Shown here: piece by piece, positions 18,419-26,856 of the stretch
How positions within the stretch are numbered: position 1 is the first letter of the stretch
How the letters are laid out: the number at the start of each line of letters is the position of its first letter
NCBI GenBank assembly: GCA_040879605.1
Contig: JBBDKB010000007.1
Location: 1 to 39,557 of the forward strand
Length of the DNA: 39,557 bases
From: Minisyncoccota bacterium
GTDB lineage: Bacteria > Patescibacteriota > Minisyncoccia > Phycocordibacterales > JBBDKB01
Direction: 5' to 3'
Notes under the pieces: generated by a model
Seen by the model: only the letters and a program-made list of their open reading frames with translations
Database searches by the model: none
What the model was told of the DNA's origin: nothing
Program-made: the position numbers and the translations under genes

Positions 18419-18444
18419 CTCATCCAAATAATTGTAGCACAAGG

Positions 18445-19041
18445 TTAGGAAAGCCACGGAATGGAGAACTCCTCAAATTCTGGAAGAAGTTTTTTATCGT
18501 ACAAAAGTCGTGAAATAACTTCGGCATGCGAGAGCGCACCCGTAAGTGCATTGTGTGGAGTTGGCTCATTCGGAATGCCAACGTAATTTAACACAGCATC
18601 AAGATCAAGCGCTGAGCGGCGTTTAGCGGGATCAACAGGAGGATTCATTCCCCTCTTCACCATGTGCATCCACGCAAGTGTGTGTGTGTCAATTGTCCTG
18701 TAGGCAAGATCCCAATCAAGCCCGGCTCTCTCTGACCCAGCTCTTAAGAAGTCCCTATCAAAGGAAACGTTCTGCCCGGCAAGTGTTCTATCCTTCACTT
18801 CTTGACTCCACGCAAGAAAAGCACGCACAATCTCACTCTCAGTTTTTTTCATTGGATCGGTGATTTCTTCCTCACTAAACCCGTTTACAAGAAGCGCTTC
18901 CTCCATAATATGCGCTCCATCCCAAATACGACACTCATCGTAAAACTGATGTTCCGGCTTATCAAAATCAAGCGCTCCGATTGAAACAATGGAGTGCTTC
19001 TCATAATTTGTCCCCGAGGCTTCAATATCAATCACTATCAT
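18445..19041 (-). CDS. DEDDh 3'-5' exonuclease (DnaQ/epsilon-like)
   Basis: 'VIDIEASG' (ExoI), 'NVSFDRDFL' (ExoII) and 'HNALTGALSHAEV' (ExoIII, H-x4-D-like). Confidence 0.85.
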   Translation of the reverse strand: MIVIDIEASGTNYEKHSIVSIGALDFDKPEHQFYDECRIWDGAHIMEEALLVNGFSEEEITDPMKKTESEIVRAFLAWSQEVKDRTLAGQNVSFDRDFLRAGSERAGLDWDLAYRTIDTHTLAWMHMVKRGMNPPVDPAKRRSALDLDAVLNYVGIPNEPTPHNALTGALSHAEVISRLLYDKKLLPEFEEFSIPWLS

Positions 19042-19360
19042 AATCTTTTGGCTTTCTTATAATATAGCGAAATACATGCCGTTCCACATGAATACATGTC
19101 CTGTGGAGATAAGGATGCTGTCGCCTTGTCCATTGGAGATGTCTCCGAAACCATCGAGAGTGGATTGAGAGAAGAAAAAGACCCACAAGAGTAAGAAGTA
19201 TCCCAGGGAGAAGAGGAATAAAAAGACTAATGATTCCAACAATAAGAGCTATGCCGCCTAAAAGACGGATCCAAAACTCTCTCACAAATTCCTTGAGAGT
19301 GTTCTTGCTAATCAAGTCCTGGGCAGTTTGCCGCAGGCGTGTATCCTCTTTTTCTTGCAT
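19028..19360 (-). CDS. Small two-TM membrane protein (PGPGW-like); start uncertain (ATG 19360 or TTG 19315)
   Basis: 'LLGGIALIVGIISLFIPLLPGILLTLVGLFLLS' followed by a basic tail. TTG 19315 would give a TTGATTAG start/stop overlap with the upstream gene. The long 170-aa ORF-track version overlaps the upstream gene in another frame. Confidence 0.45.
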   Translation of the reverse strand: MQEKEDTRLRQTAQDLISKNTLKEFVREFWIRLLGGIALIVGIISLFIPLLPGILLTLVGLFLLSIHSRWFRRHLQWTRRQHPYLHRTCIHVERHVFRYIIRKPKDYDSD

Positions 19361-19676
19361 CGTCCTTTGAAGTGAAAAATATCTTGTTCTCCTCTTTAAT
19401 TCTCTGCGCACCTCCGCACCAAGGAAAATGGTATTTCGTGCCGCCTGTCGAGCCCACAAATTCTCCCTCGCTTCTAGCCTCAGCGGTTCCATCATCCGAA
19501 GCATCTGAAGAGAGGGTCGCTGTTGCTTCTTGTCCCCCATACTCTATCCTTATAGGTTCACGGACTTCAGAGAGCACAGAAAGCCTCCCGAGCCCAAAGC
19601 TCAAGAAGCCGGTTAAAAGAAGGAGCAAGATGAGCGCGAGGTCTCTCGAGAGAAGAGACTTGCCAAATAAGCCCAT
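19308..19676 (-). CDS. Membrane-anchored protein with a C-terminal small Cys-containing domain (YHxPxC...GYxP..C pattern)
   Basis: N-terminal TM 'LALILLLLLTGFLSFGL'. The C-terminus 'KYHFPWCGGAQRIKEENKIFFTSKDDARKRGYTPAANCPG' follows a widespread short Cys-motif domain pattern. ATG 19676 preferred over GTG 19694. Confidence 0.6.
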   Translation of the reverse strand: MGLFGKSLLSRDLALILLLLLTGFLSFGLGRLSVLSEVREPIRIEYGGQEATATLSSDASDDGTAEARSEGEFVGSTGGTKYHFPWCGGAQRIKEENKIFFTSKDDARKRGYTPAANCPGLD

Positions 19677-19827
19677 TTCTCGTATACTAGGCACCTATTC
19701 AGTATATCACTTAGATAGCATTTAAGATATTATTTAGCGACCGATTATAGCACCACAGCCCACATTGCTCCGCAAGGGCGACCTGGAGGCTCATAGTTCG
19801 TAAGCTTCATTTCACTCATTAACGATT

Positions 19828-20100
19828 ATGGCACACAGAAAAGCAGGAGGCTCAACAAAAAACCTTACCGATTCAAACCCGAAATATTTAGGCGTGAAGC
19901 TTGCTGATGGCGCGAAAGCTCTCATTGGGGCGATCATCGTTCGCCAACGAGGCACTAGAATCGCTCCAGGCAAGAACGTTGGTATCGGAAGAGATCACAC
20001 ACTTTTTGCACAAAAAGAAGGCGTCGTTTCTTTCAAGAATAAGAGAAAAATCCGTTTTGACGGACACACCAAGTCACAGAAGATTGTGGAGGTGCTCTAG
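19828..20100 (+). CDS. rpmA: 50S ribosomal protein L27
   Basis: '[12 protein letters not shown]...[28 protein letters not shown]' is canonical L27. Confidence 0.95.
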   Translation: MAHRKAGGSTKNLTDSNPKYLGVKLADGAKALIGAIIVRQRGTRIAPGKNVGIGRDHTLFAQKEGVVSFKNKRKIRFDGHTKSQKIVEVL

Positions 20101-20103
20101 CTC

Positions 20104-20131
20104 AAAAAGCCGCCCCTATGGGCGGCTTTTT
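20104..20131 (+). terminator. Intrinsic terminator after rpmA
   Basis: AAAAAGCCGCCC-CTAT-GGGCGGCTTTTT. Confidence 0.75.
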
Positions 20132-20196
20132 GGATCCCTACCGCCACCCTCCTGGCCGTTTACTTCCTTTTGCAGTTAATGAGCAACAATTTCACA

Positions 20197-20223
20197 ACAC
20201 TTTCCCCAGTTGGGGGAAAGTGT
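20197..20223 (-). terminator. Hairpin downstream of rplI
   Basis: ACACTTTCCCC-loop-GGGGAAAGTGT (11 bp). On the minus strand it is followed by TTGTGAAATTGTTG. Confidence 0.5.
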
Positions 20224-20265
20224 AACGAATGGTGGGGTAAAATAAAGTATGCCAAGAGAAATTCT

Positions 20266-20709
20266 TTATTCTGCCTCCACTTTTATGGGAAGCGTATAAG
20301 TATCCTCTCCTACTGAAATTACTACTGAATGCTCTCCCACTTCTTTAAATGGATGCTCTTGGGCAATAAGTTCTTCAGGAATGGCAACATCTTTGTTATC
20401 AAGGGCCTCTAGAATGTCGCCAACCGAAACTCCTCTAAAGAGATGCCCTTGTTCATTCGCAGGTGCGCTTATAGTGATGCCTCCCTCTTCAAGTAACTTT
20501 GTAAGGCTAAGCTCTAGACTCTTCTGTTCCTCTTTGTGAACTGTTTTTTGCGTCTCTCGTAGTGTTTCAAGTTTTTTTATCTTTTCTCTTGTTGCCTGCT
20601 CGGCAAGTTTCTTCGGCAAGAGGAAATTTCCCGCATATCCATCTGATACCTCTTTTACTTCATACTGTCTTCCAATTTTTGGAACGTCCTTCAGTAATAT
20701 TACTTTCAT
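20266..20709 (-). CDS. rplI: 50S ribosomal protein L9
   Basis: 'MKVILLKDVPKIGRQYEVKEVSDGYAGNFLLPKKLA' is the canonical L9 N-domain. 147 aa. Confidence 0.93.
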   Translation of the reverse strand: MKVILLKDVPKIGRQYEVKEVSDGYAGNFLLPKKLAEQATREKIKKLETLRETQKTVHKEEQKSLELSLTKLLEEGGITISAPANEQGHLFRGVSVGDILEALDNKDVAIPEELIAQEHPFKEVGEHSVVISVGEDTYTLPIKVEAE

Positions 20710-20824
20710 CCCGTTAGTGATAGGGCACGGACTAAAGCCGTACTCCTATGAGGTTATACTGGTAATTGTTTTTGTATGCAACATTCATATTCATATGCAC
20801 TTCGTGTCCGTTACACTCGCGGGA
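20710..20824 (-). mobile_element. MITE-like unit 1 (115 bp) abutting the rplI ATG
   Basis: TTCAT|CCCGTTAGTGATAGGGCAC ... GTGTCCGTTACACTCGCGGGA|TTCAT. The TIR is imperfect (~14/20). The internal segment aligns with the unit at 18301-18418. Confidence 0.55.
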
Positions 20825-20830
20825 TTCATA

Positions 20831-20949
20831 CCCGTTAGTGATAGGCCGCGGTCTCCACTACCCGTTTATATATGTTTGAAAATTATTCGACCTGATATCC
20901 ATATTGTACTCTTTTTGCTCCCCGATCGCGACTGCGATCACTAACGGGA
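20831..20949 (-). mobile_element. MITE-like unit 2 (119 bp) in tandem with unit 1
   Basis: TTCATA|CCCGTTAGTGAT ... ATCACTAACGGGA|TTCATA. Perfect 12-bp TIR. Subterminal GATCGC-AGTC-GCGATC hairpin. Confidence 0.6.
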
Positions 20950-20958
20950 TTCATATAA

Positions 20959-22167
20959 TTATTGATTAAGTAAGAAACTCACTGCTGCCTCTTTTTGTGG
21001 GTCCTCGCCCCTCTCCGCATTCTCGCGTGTGAACTCAGCCTCAACATCAGGCGTCAAACCTCCCGCTGAGATGGAATTCCCATTTGGTGTAAGCCACTGA
21101 GCCACAGTTACTTTGAGTGACGTTTCGTTTGTCACCGGCACGAGTTCTTGCACTGAGCCCTTCCCAAACGTACGCTCTCCTATGAGAGTAGCGATTCCAT
21201 GCTCTCGGAGAGCCCCCGCAAGAATCTCAGAAGCTGAGGCAGAACCTTGATCCACAAGAACAGCCATCTTAAGATTCTCATTGAAGATATCATATCCACG
21301 ACTTCTGTGAAGACGCTCCTCTTCTCCATGGTCTTCTCGAACAATCACCTTCCCAGCAGGCAAAAACCAGCTTGCCATTTCAACTGCGGCATTCAGGAAG
21401 CCTCCCGGGTTGCCTCGCAGATCAAGAATCAACTTGTCACTTCCTGATTCAATAAACTCGCGAAGTGCAGAGCGAAATTGATTGCTTGAGACAGCGGAAA
21501 AATTGTAAAGTTCAATTACGAAAATGCCGTCAGCGCGAAGTTCTGTTTCAATTGTTGGAATATTAATAACGTCCCGCACAACCGTCACCTCAAGCAACTC
21601 ATTCTCTCCCTCCCTAAAAATAGTGAGCTTGACCGGATCCCCCACTTCTCCCCTGATAAGCTTGACGACCTCATCAACTGATTTTCCTTCAGTAACAGTT
21701 CCATCAACCCTCACAATCACATCCCCCGAGAGAAGTCCTGCTCTCTCTGCAGGAGTACCCTTAAGTGGAGAGATAATAGTGATTCGTCCGTCGCGCGACC
21801 CCACCTCCATACCAACACCTCCGAAAAAACCGCTAATATCCTCCTCAAACATCTCTTTGTCAGCAGGAGGAAGAAAGACTGTATAAGGGTCGTTATACGA
21901 ACCGGCAAGACCTTGAATTGCGCCCCACACTTTTTCTTCATCTGTAACCATTTGAGTCGTTGTCGCTGGAACAAATCGCTCGTCCAAAAGATGCCAAGCT
22001 TTCCAGAACGGATCAAAGTCAACATTGGCCGGAGTACTACTGGATCGCACTAGCGGAACATCAGCTCCTTTACCAAAGAGAAACCCCACGCCAAAAGCAA
22101 TAACAACAAAAAAAAGTGCTCCTGAAACGAGACGTGATGATTCCTTAGAGACTGAGGAAAATTTCAT
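20959..22167 (-). CDS. S41 carboxyl-terminal processing peptidase with PDZ domain
   Basis: N-terminal TM, PDZ segment ('GLLSGDVIVRVDG'), 'DLRGNPGGFL', and catalytic 'GSASASEILAGAL' with 'GERTFGKGSVQ'. Confidence 0.9.
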   Translation of the reverse strand: MKFSSVSKESSRLVSGALFFVVIAFGVGFLFGKGADVPLVRSSSTPANVDFDPFWKAWHLLDERFVPATTTQMVTDEEKVWGAIQGLAGSYNDPYTVFLPPADKEMFEEDISGFFGGVGMEVGSRDGRITIISPLKGTPAERAGLLSGDVIVRVDGTVTEGKSVDEVVKLIRGEVGDPVKLTIFREGENELLEVTVVRDVINIPTIETELRADGIFVIELYNFSAVSSNQFRSALREFIESGSDKLILDLRGNPGGFLNAAVEMASWFLPAGKVIVREDHGEEERLHRSRGYDIFNENLKMAVLVDQGSASASEILAGALREHGIATLIGERTFGKGSVQELVPVTNETSLKVTVAQWLTPNGNSISAGGLTPDVEAEFTRENAERGEDPQKEAAVSFLLNQ

Positions 22168-22228
22168 AGAAAAGTAGCATCATTATCGCAAAAGGCCCTT
22201 GAAGCGTCAACGTAGTGAGTAAGTCTCA

Positions 22229-22272
22229 TATACCCGCACGTTCACTTTTAGAAATATCCGTGTGCGGGTATA
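22229..22272. promoter_or_regulatory. 11-bp perfect inverted repeat TATACCCGCAC-N22-GTGCGGGTATA in the divergent S41-protease/corA control region
   Basis: Read directly. The right arm contains TATACT (22269-22274), 6 nt upstream of the corA ATG. Confidence 0.45.
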
Positions 22273-22280
22273 CTTGGTAT

Positions 22281-23195
22281 ATGATTTCCCGATACACACA
22301 TGGAGATTTAGTGTGGGTTGATCTTGAATCACCCAACCAGAGTGAGGTGCGTAAAGTGATGGAAGAATTTTCTCTTGACCCTCACATTGCCGAGGAACTG
22401 CTTTCTCCAAGCCACCGCCCAAAAGTTGACTACCTCAAAGACTACATCTATCTCATTCTCCACTTCCCCGCTTTTAGGCATAGCCACGAATCCGAATCAA
22501 ACCAAGAAGTGGATTTTGTTCTTGGAAAGAAGTTTATTATTACAACTCATTACGACACCATCGATCCGCTCCATAAGTTTTCCAAACTTTTTGAGGTAGA
22601 CTCTATCCTTGACAGGAGCAACATGAATGAACATGCGGGTTTCGTGTTCTTCTACATGATTAAAAAACTCTACAAAGCGGTTTCGCATGAGCTCGATTAC
22701 ATTAACGATTCCCTTGTCGATATTGAAAAAAAGATTTTTGATGGCTATGAAAAAGAAATGGTTGTAGAAATTTCAAAGGCAAGCAAAGAACTTCTTGTGT
22801 TTAAACAAGCGCTTCAAACACATGGAGGGGTGCTTTCTTCATTTCAAATTGCAGGCGAGAAGCTCTACGGAGAGGATTTTCACTATTACCTCATGACTAT
22901 CAATAATGAACACTACCGGGTCTCAAGTGATGTTAACGCCGGTATTGACACTATTCGAGAACTTCGAGAAACAAACAACTCACTTGTCTCAACAAAGCAA
23001 AACGAGGTGATGAAAGTTCTTACGATCATGGCGTTTGTGACGTTCCCACTTTCTTTGATCGCGAGTATATTTGGGATGAATACTGAATATCTTCCCTTTG
23101 TGGGACACCCGCAGGACTTCTGGATTGTGATGGGAATTATGGGTACGGCAACAATTATCTTCTTTACTTTCTTTAAGCATAGGAAATGGCTTTAA
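22281..23195 (+). CDS. corA: CorA magnesium/cobalt transporter
   Basis: C-terminal two TMs with 'FGMNTEYLP' (GMN motif) and the typical ~300-aa cytoplasmic domain. ATG 22281 (MISRYTHGDLVWVDL) chosen. Confidence 0.9.
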   Translation: MISRYTHGDLVWVDLESPNQSEVRKVMEEFSLDPHIAEELLSPSHRPKVDYLKDYIYLILHFPAFRHSHESESNQEVDFVLGKKFIITTHYDTIDPLHKFSKLFEVDSILDRSNMNEHAGFVFFYMIKKLYKAVSHELDYINDSLVDIEKKIFDGYEKEMVVEISKASKELLVFKQALQTHGGVLSSFQIAGEKLYGEDFHYYLMTINNEHYRVSSDVNAGIDTIRELRETNNSLVSTKQNEVMKVLTIMAFVTFPLSLIASIFGMNTEYLPFVGHPQDFWIVMGIMGTATIIFFTFFKHRKWL

Positions 23196-24688
23196 AGTTT
23201 TTTAATATTTTTGGGTTTCGCTCCCGCAATTACGCGCACCGAAATAAGAATAAGGATGAGGGAGCAACTCCTCTTTTTCTTACCAATACTCTTTCAGGCA
23301 AGAAGGAGGAATTTTTTTCACTAAAAAAGAAGAAGGCATCGATGTATAGCTGTGGTCTTACCGTGTATGACTATGCGCACGTTGGAAACCTTCGTTCCTT
23401 TCTTTTACCCGACATCCTTCGTCGCACACTTGTAATAAATGGGTATGAAGTAAAACAAGCAATCAACTTTACTGATTTCGGCCACTTAACAAGCGATGCT
23501 GATGAAGGAGATGACAAAATGACATACGCGCTCAAGAAAGCGGGCAAGGAAGTGAGCATCAAAAATATGCAAGAGCTCGGTCGCTTTTATGAAGAAGCAG
23601 CGATTGAAGATCTCAAAGCTCTCAACATAGAAACGAAGGACACACTTTTCCCTCGCGCATCGGAACACATCGACGAGCAAATTATGGTGCTAAAGACCCT
23701 TGAGGAAAAAGGATATACGTATGAGACAAGCGATGGGGTGTACTTTGATACAAGCAAGTACAGAGACTACGGAAAACTGGGCAATATTGATATCGAGCAC
23801 ATACGCGAAGGTGCCCGAATCAAGAAGAACGAGGAAAAGAAAAACCCAACCGACTTTGTACTTTGGAAAAAAAGTGCGGACTTTGGATGGGATTCCCCAT
23901 GGGGAATGGGGTTCCCAGGCTGGCACATTGAGTGTACTGCGATGATTTTTTCAAACCTTGGAAAGCAAATTGATGTTCACACAGGAGGCGCTGATCTTAT
24001 TCCAATCCATCACAATAACGAGATTGCTCAAGGCGAGGCCGCTTCAGGAAAAAAGTATGCTTCTTACTGGCTTCACAATGCCTTTGTCACTGTTGAGGGA
24101 CAGAAGATTTCAAAATCGCTCGGCAACACCATTATGCTGAAGAATGTGACTGACAGAGGCATCTCTCCCTTTGCCTATCGCTATTTTGTGCTCTCCGCGC
24201 ACTATAGGACACCAATCAACTTCACATGGGAAGCACTCGAGGGAGCGCACACCGCGCTCACCCGCCTTCATCGCTTTTTTGTTGAAGACCTTCCGACTAA
24301 AAATGGAGTCGTTGAAGAAAGCTACCAAAAACGCTTCCTTGAAATTATCAATAATGATCTTGATACACCGAAAGCGCTCGCCCTTTTGCAGGAACTCACG
24401 AAAGATGGAAATCTCTCTCCAGGAAACAAGAGAGCCACGCTACTCTATTTTGATCAAGTGCTTGGACTTGGATTTGCCGAAGGGAAAAAGCGCTTAGAGG
24501 AAATGCTCTCGCTTAAAGTGGTGAAGCCAGAGGATCTCCCAAAAAAAGTGCAGAAGCTTGTTGATGAGCGTGAAGAGGCACGAAAAGAAAAGGACTGGGA
24601 GAAGGCTGATGCATTTCGCAAAAAAATTGAGAAAGAGGGCTACTCCATAAAAGACACAGAAAAAGGCCCCGAAATTGAGGAAAACTGA
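23186..24688 (+). CDS. cysS: Cysteinyl-tRNA synthetase (with ~27-aa basic N-terminal extension)
   Basis: 'MYSCGLTVYDYAHVGNLRSF' (HIGH region), 'WHIECTAM' and 'KISKSLGN' (KMSKS). ATG 23186 is preceded by AGGAA and overlaps the corA end by 10 nt. Confidence 0.93.
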   Translation: MALKFFNIFGFRSRNYAHRNKNKDEGATPLFLTNTLSGKKEEFFSLKKKKASMYSCGLTVYDYAHVGNLRSFLLPDILRRTLVINGYEVKQAINFTDFGHLTSDADEGDDKMTYALKKAGKEVSIKNMQELGRFYEEAAIEDLKALNIETKDTLFPRASEHIDEQIMVLKTLEEKGYTYETSDGVYFDTSKYRDYGKLGNIDIEHIREGARIKKNEEKKNPTDFVLWKKSADFGWDSPWGMGFPGWHIECTAMIFSNLGKQIDVHTGGADLIPIHHNNEIAQGEAASGKKYASYWLHNAFVTVEGQKISKSLGNTIMLKNVTDRGISPFAYRYFVLSAHYRTPINFTWEALEGAHTALTRLHRFFVEDLPTKNGVVEESYQKRFLEIINNDLDTPKALALLQELTKDGNLSPGNKRATLLYFDQVLGLGFAEGKKRLEEMLSLKVVKPEDLPKKVQKLVDEREEARKEKDWEKADAFRKKIEKEGYSIKDTEKGPEIEEN

Positions 24689-24714
24689 TCTCCACAGGAT
24701 ACACACATCTTCTA

Positions 24715-24758
24715 CCCCGAAAAGCCCTCAAGGGCTTTTCGGGGGCATTTCTTTTTTG
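24715..24758 (+). terminator. Intrinsic terminator after cysS
   Basis: CCCCGAAAAGCCC-TCAA-GGGCTTTTCGGGG followed by a T-rich run. Confidence 0.8.
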
Positions 24759-24773
24759 TGCTAAACTTAGCTT

Positions 24774-26147
24774 ATGGCAGAAGAAAAACTTCGCACCCCA
24801 CCTCAAAATATTGAGTCTGAAAAGGCGCTTTTGGGAGCTATTATGCTAAAGCAGGATGCGATGCACGAGGTAAATGACATCGTCACTGCCGAATCTTTTT
24901 ACGCGGAAAAGCATCGCCTCATCTTTGAGTCCATGCTTGATCTTTTTTCTCGAAGCGAACCAATTGATCTACTTTCTGTCTCTTCACGCTTAAAAGCAAA
25001 GAAACAGCTCGAGAGAGTTGGTGGGAATGCGTATTTGACGGAGCTTGTGAACACAACACCAGCTATCGGAAACATGAAGTATTACGCAGAGCTGGTTCAA
25101 AAGACAGCAACACTCCGAAATCTTATTGAGGCGGCAAACTATATTGCTGAGCTTGGATATCAGGAGAGTGAAGATGTTGAAGAACTTCTCGACAAAGCAG
25201 AAAAGAGAGTGTACGAGGTAACAAATGCGCCGAGTTTACATAAGTTTGTGGATCTTCGAAATACACTTGGAGAAGCGTGGGAGCGTCTTGACCACTTACA
25301 CAAGTCAAAAGATGAGCTCCGCGGCGTGCATACCGGTTTCAAAGAGCTTGATAACCTTCTCGCAGGGTTTCAGAAATCCGATCTCATCATTCTTGCCGCT
25401 CGCCCTTCCATGGGAAAGACATCACTTGCTCTTGATATAGCACGACAAACCGCCTCGCAATACCAGACTCCTGTTGGAATTTTTTCTCTTGAAATGAGCT
25501 CCCAACAACTTGTTGATAGAATGCTCGCTTCTGAATCACGTGTGGATGCCTGGAAGTTGCGCACAGGAAAACTTTCAACCGACCAAGAATTTGATGCGCT
25601 TCGAGAAGCGCTTGATAAGCTCTCCACCGCTCCTATTTATATTGATGATCAACCGGCGAGCAATATTCTCACCATGCGCTCTGTTGCAAGACGCTTGAAG
25701 AGAGAGCACGGCTTGGGACTTCTTATCGTTGATTACCTTCAGCTCATGGCGCCAACGAATTCACGAGCAAGTGATTCGCTCGTTCAACAAGTGACAGAGA
25801 TCTCTCGTTCGCTAAAGACAATGGCAAGAGAGCTTGATGTGCCAGTGCTTGCCCTCTCACAGCTCTCTCGTGCAGTAGAGCAACGCCGAGGCCGTCCTCG
25901 CCTCTCAGATCTCCGTGACTCCGGTTCCATTGAACAAGATGCCGATGTCGTAATGTTCATCCACCGAGATGATAAGATGAACGAAAACTCTGACAAGCCG
26001 AATATCGCTGAAATTTTAGTTGAGAAGCACCGAAACGGCCCTACTGGGAGAGTTGAGCTTTACTTCGACGAAAAGAAAGCAACGTTCCTCTCACTTGAAA
26101 AGAGCAACTTCTCGGCGATGGAAGCAAGCCCCACCGACGATTTCTAG
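24774..26147 (+). CDS. dnaB: Replicative DNA helicase DnaB
   Basis: 'PPQNIESEKALLGAIM' N-domain, Walker A 'ARPSMGKTSLAL', 'LIVDYLQLM', 'SQLSRAVEQR' and 'DSGSIEQDADVV'. Confidence 0.95.
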   Translation: MAEEKLRTPPQNIESEKALLGAIMLKQDAMHEVNDIVTAESFYAEKHRLIFESMLDLFSRSEPIDLLSVSSRLKAKKQLERVGGNAYLTELVNTTPAIGNMKYYAELVQKTATLRNLIEAANYIAELGYQESEDVEELLDKAEKRVYEVTNAPSLHKFVDLRNTLGEAWERLDHLHKSKDELRGVHTGFKELDNLLAGFQKSDLIILAARPSMGKTSLALDIARQTASQYQTPVGIFSLEMSSQQLVDRMLASESRVDAWKLRTGKLSTDQEFDALREALDKLSTAPIYIDDQPASNILTMRSVARRLKREHGLGLLIVDYLQLMAPTNSRASDSLVQQVTEISRSLKTMARELDVPVLALSQLSRAVEQRRGRPRLSDLRDSGSIEQDADVVMFIHRDDKMNENSDKPNIAEILVEKHRNGPTGRVELYFDEKKATFLSLEKSNFSAMEASPTDDF

Positions 26148-26165
26148 TGAGAATCCTTTGAGAAG

Positions 26166-26786
26166 ATGGACGTAATTACCAAGCTTACAGAAGAATTTGC
26201 GAAGTTCCCCGGAATTGGCCCGCGCCAAGCTCGACGTTTTGTCTATTACCTTCTCCAGAAAAACGGTAACGCACTTGAGATTCTTGCAAATGATATCCGA
26301 AGACTGAAGCAAGAAGTCCGTCTTTGCCCATCTTGCTTTCGACACTTTATTCCTCGCAATCAAGAGGCGAAAGAATGCGACATCTGCCAAGACCAGGCAA
26401 GAAAAGGTGATTCGCTTATGGTCGTCGAGAAAGAAGCTGACTTTGAAACGATAGAGCGAAGCGGAGTGCATGAAGGAAAATACTTTATTCTTGGTGGAAG
26501 TGTGGTGCTTCTTGATAAAGAACCGGGGCAATACATTCGAACAAAAGAACTCTTGAAAACTATTGAGGAGAGAGCGAAAGACGGACTGAAGGAAGTGGTA
26601 CTTGCCCTCTCAACAAATGTGGAGGGTGAGGAAACATCCGCCTATCTGCGCGAGGCTCTCTCCCCTCTCCAAAAGAAACACTCCTTCTCTATTTCAGAGC
26701 TCGGCCGAGGCCTCTCAACGGGAGCAGAGCTTGAATACTCCGACAAAGAGACAATTAAAAACGCATTTCAAAACCGCCGCGCTTAG
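26166..26786 (+). CDS. recR: Recombination protein RecR
   Basis: 'FPGIGPRQARRFVYYLL' HhH, C4 zinc finger 'CPSCFRHF...CDIC', and Toprim domain. Confidence 0.95.
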   Translation: MDVITKLTEEFAKFPGIGPRQARRFVYYLLQKNGNALEILANDIRRLKQEVRLCPSCFRHFIPRNQEAKECDICQDQARKGDSLMVVEKEADFETIERSGVHEGKYFILGGSVVLLDKEPGQYIRTKELLKTIEERAKDGLKEVVLALSTNVEGEETSAYLREALSPLQKKHSFSISELGRGLSTGAELEYSDKETIKNAFQNRRA

Positions 26787-26799
26787 CGCGGCAGTTTTG
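26770..26799 (+). terminator. Intrinsic terminator overlapping the recR stop codon
   Basis: CGCCGCGC-TTA-GCGCGGC followed by AGTTTTG. Confidence 0.6.
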
Positions 26800-26856
26800 A
26801 GGTTTTAGGTGTGAGCTTGTAGGTTTTAGTTTCTACTCACTACAACCTATTCACTA

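Noticed and set aside
19028-19540. 170-aa version of the ORF overlapping the Cys-motif gene by ~230 nt.
   Set aside because: The N-terminal 60-75 residues are basic junk read out of frame over the neighbouring, better-supported gene. Only the C-terminal two-TM part looks real, so a downstream start was chosen.
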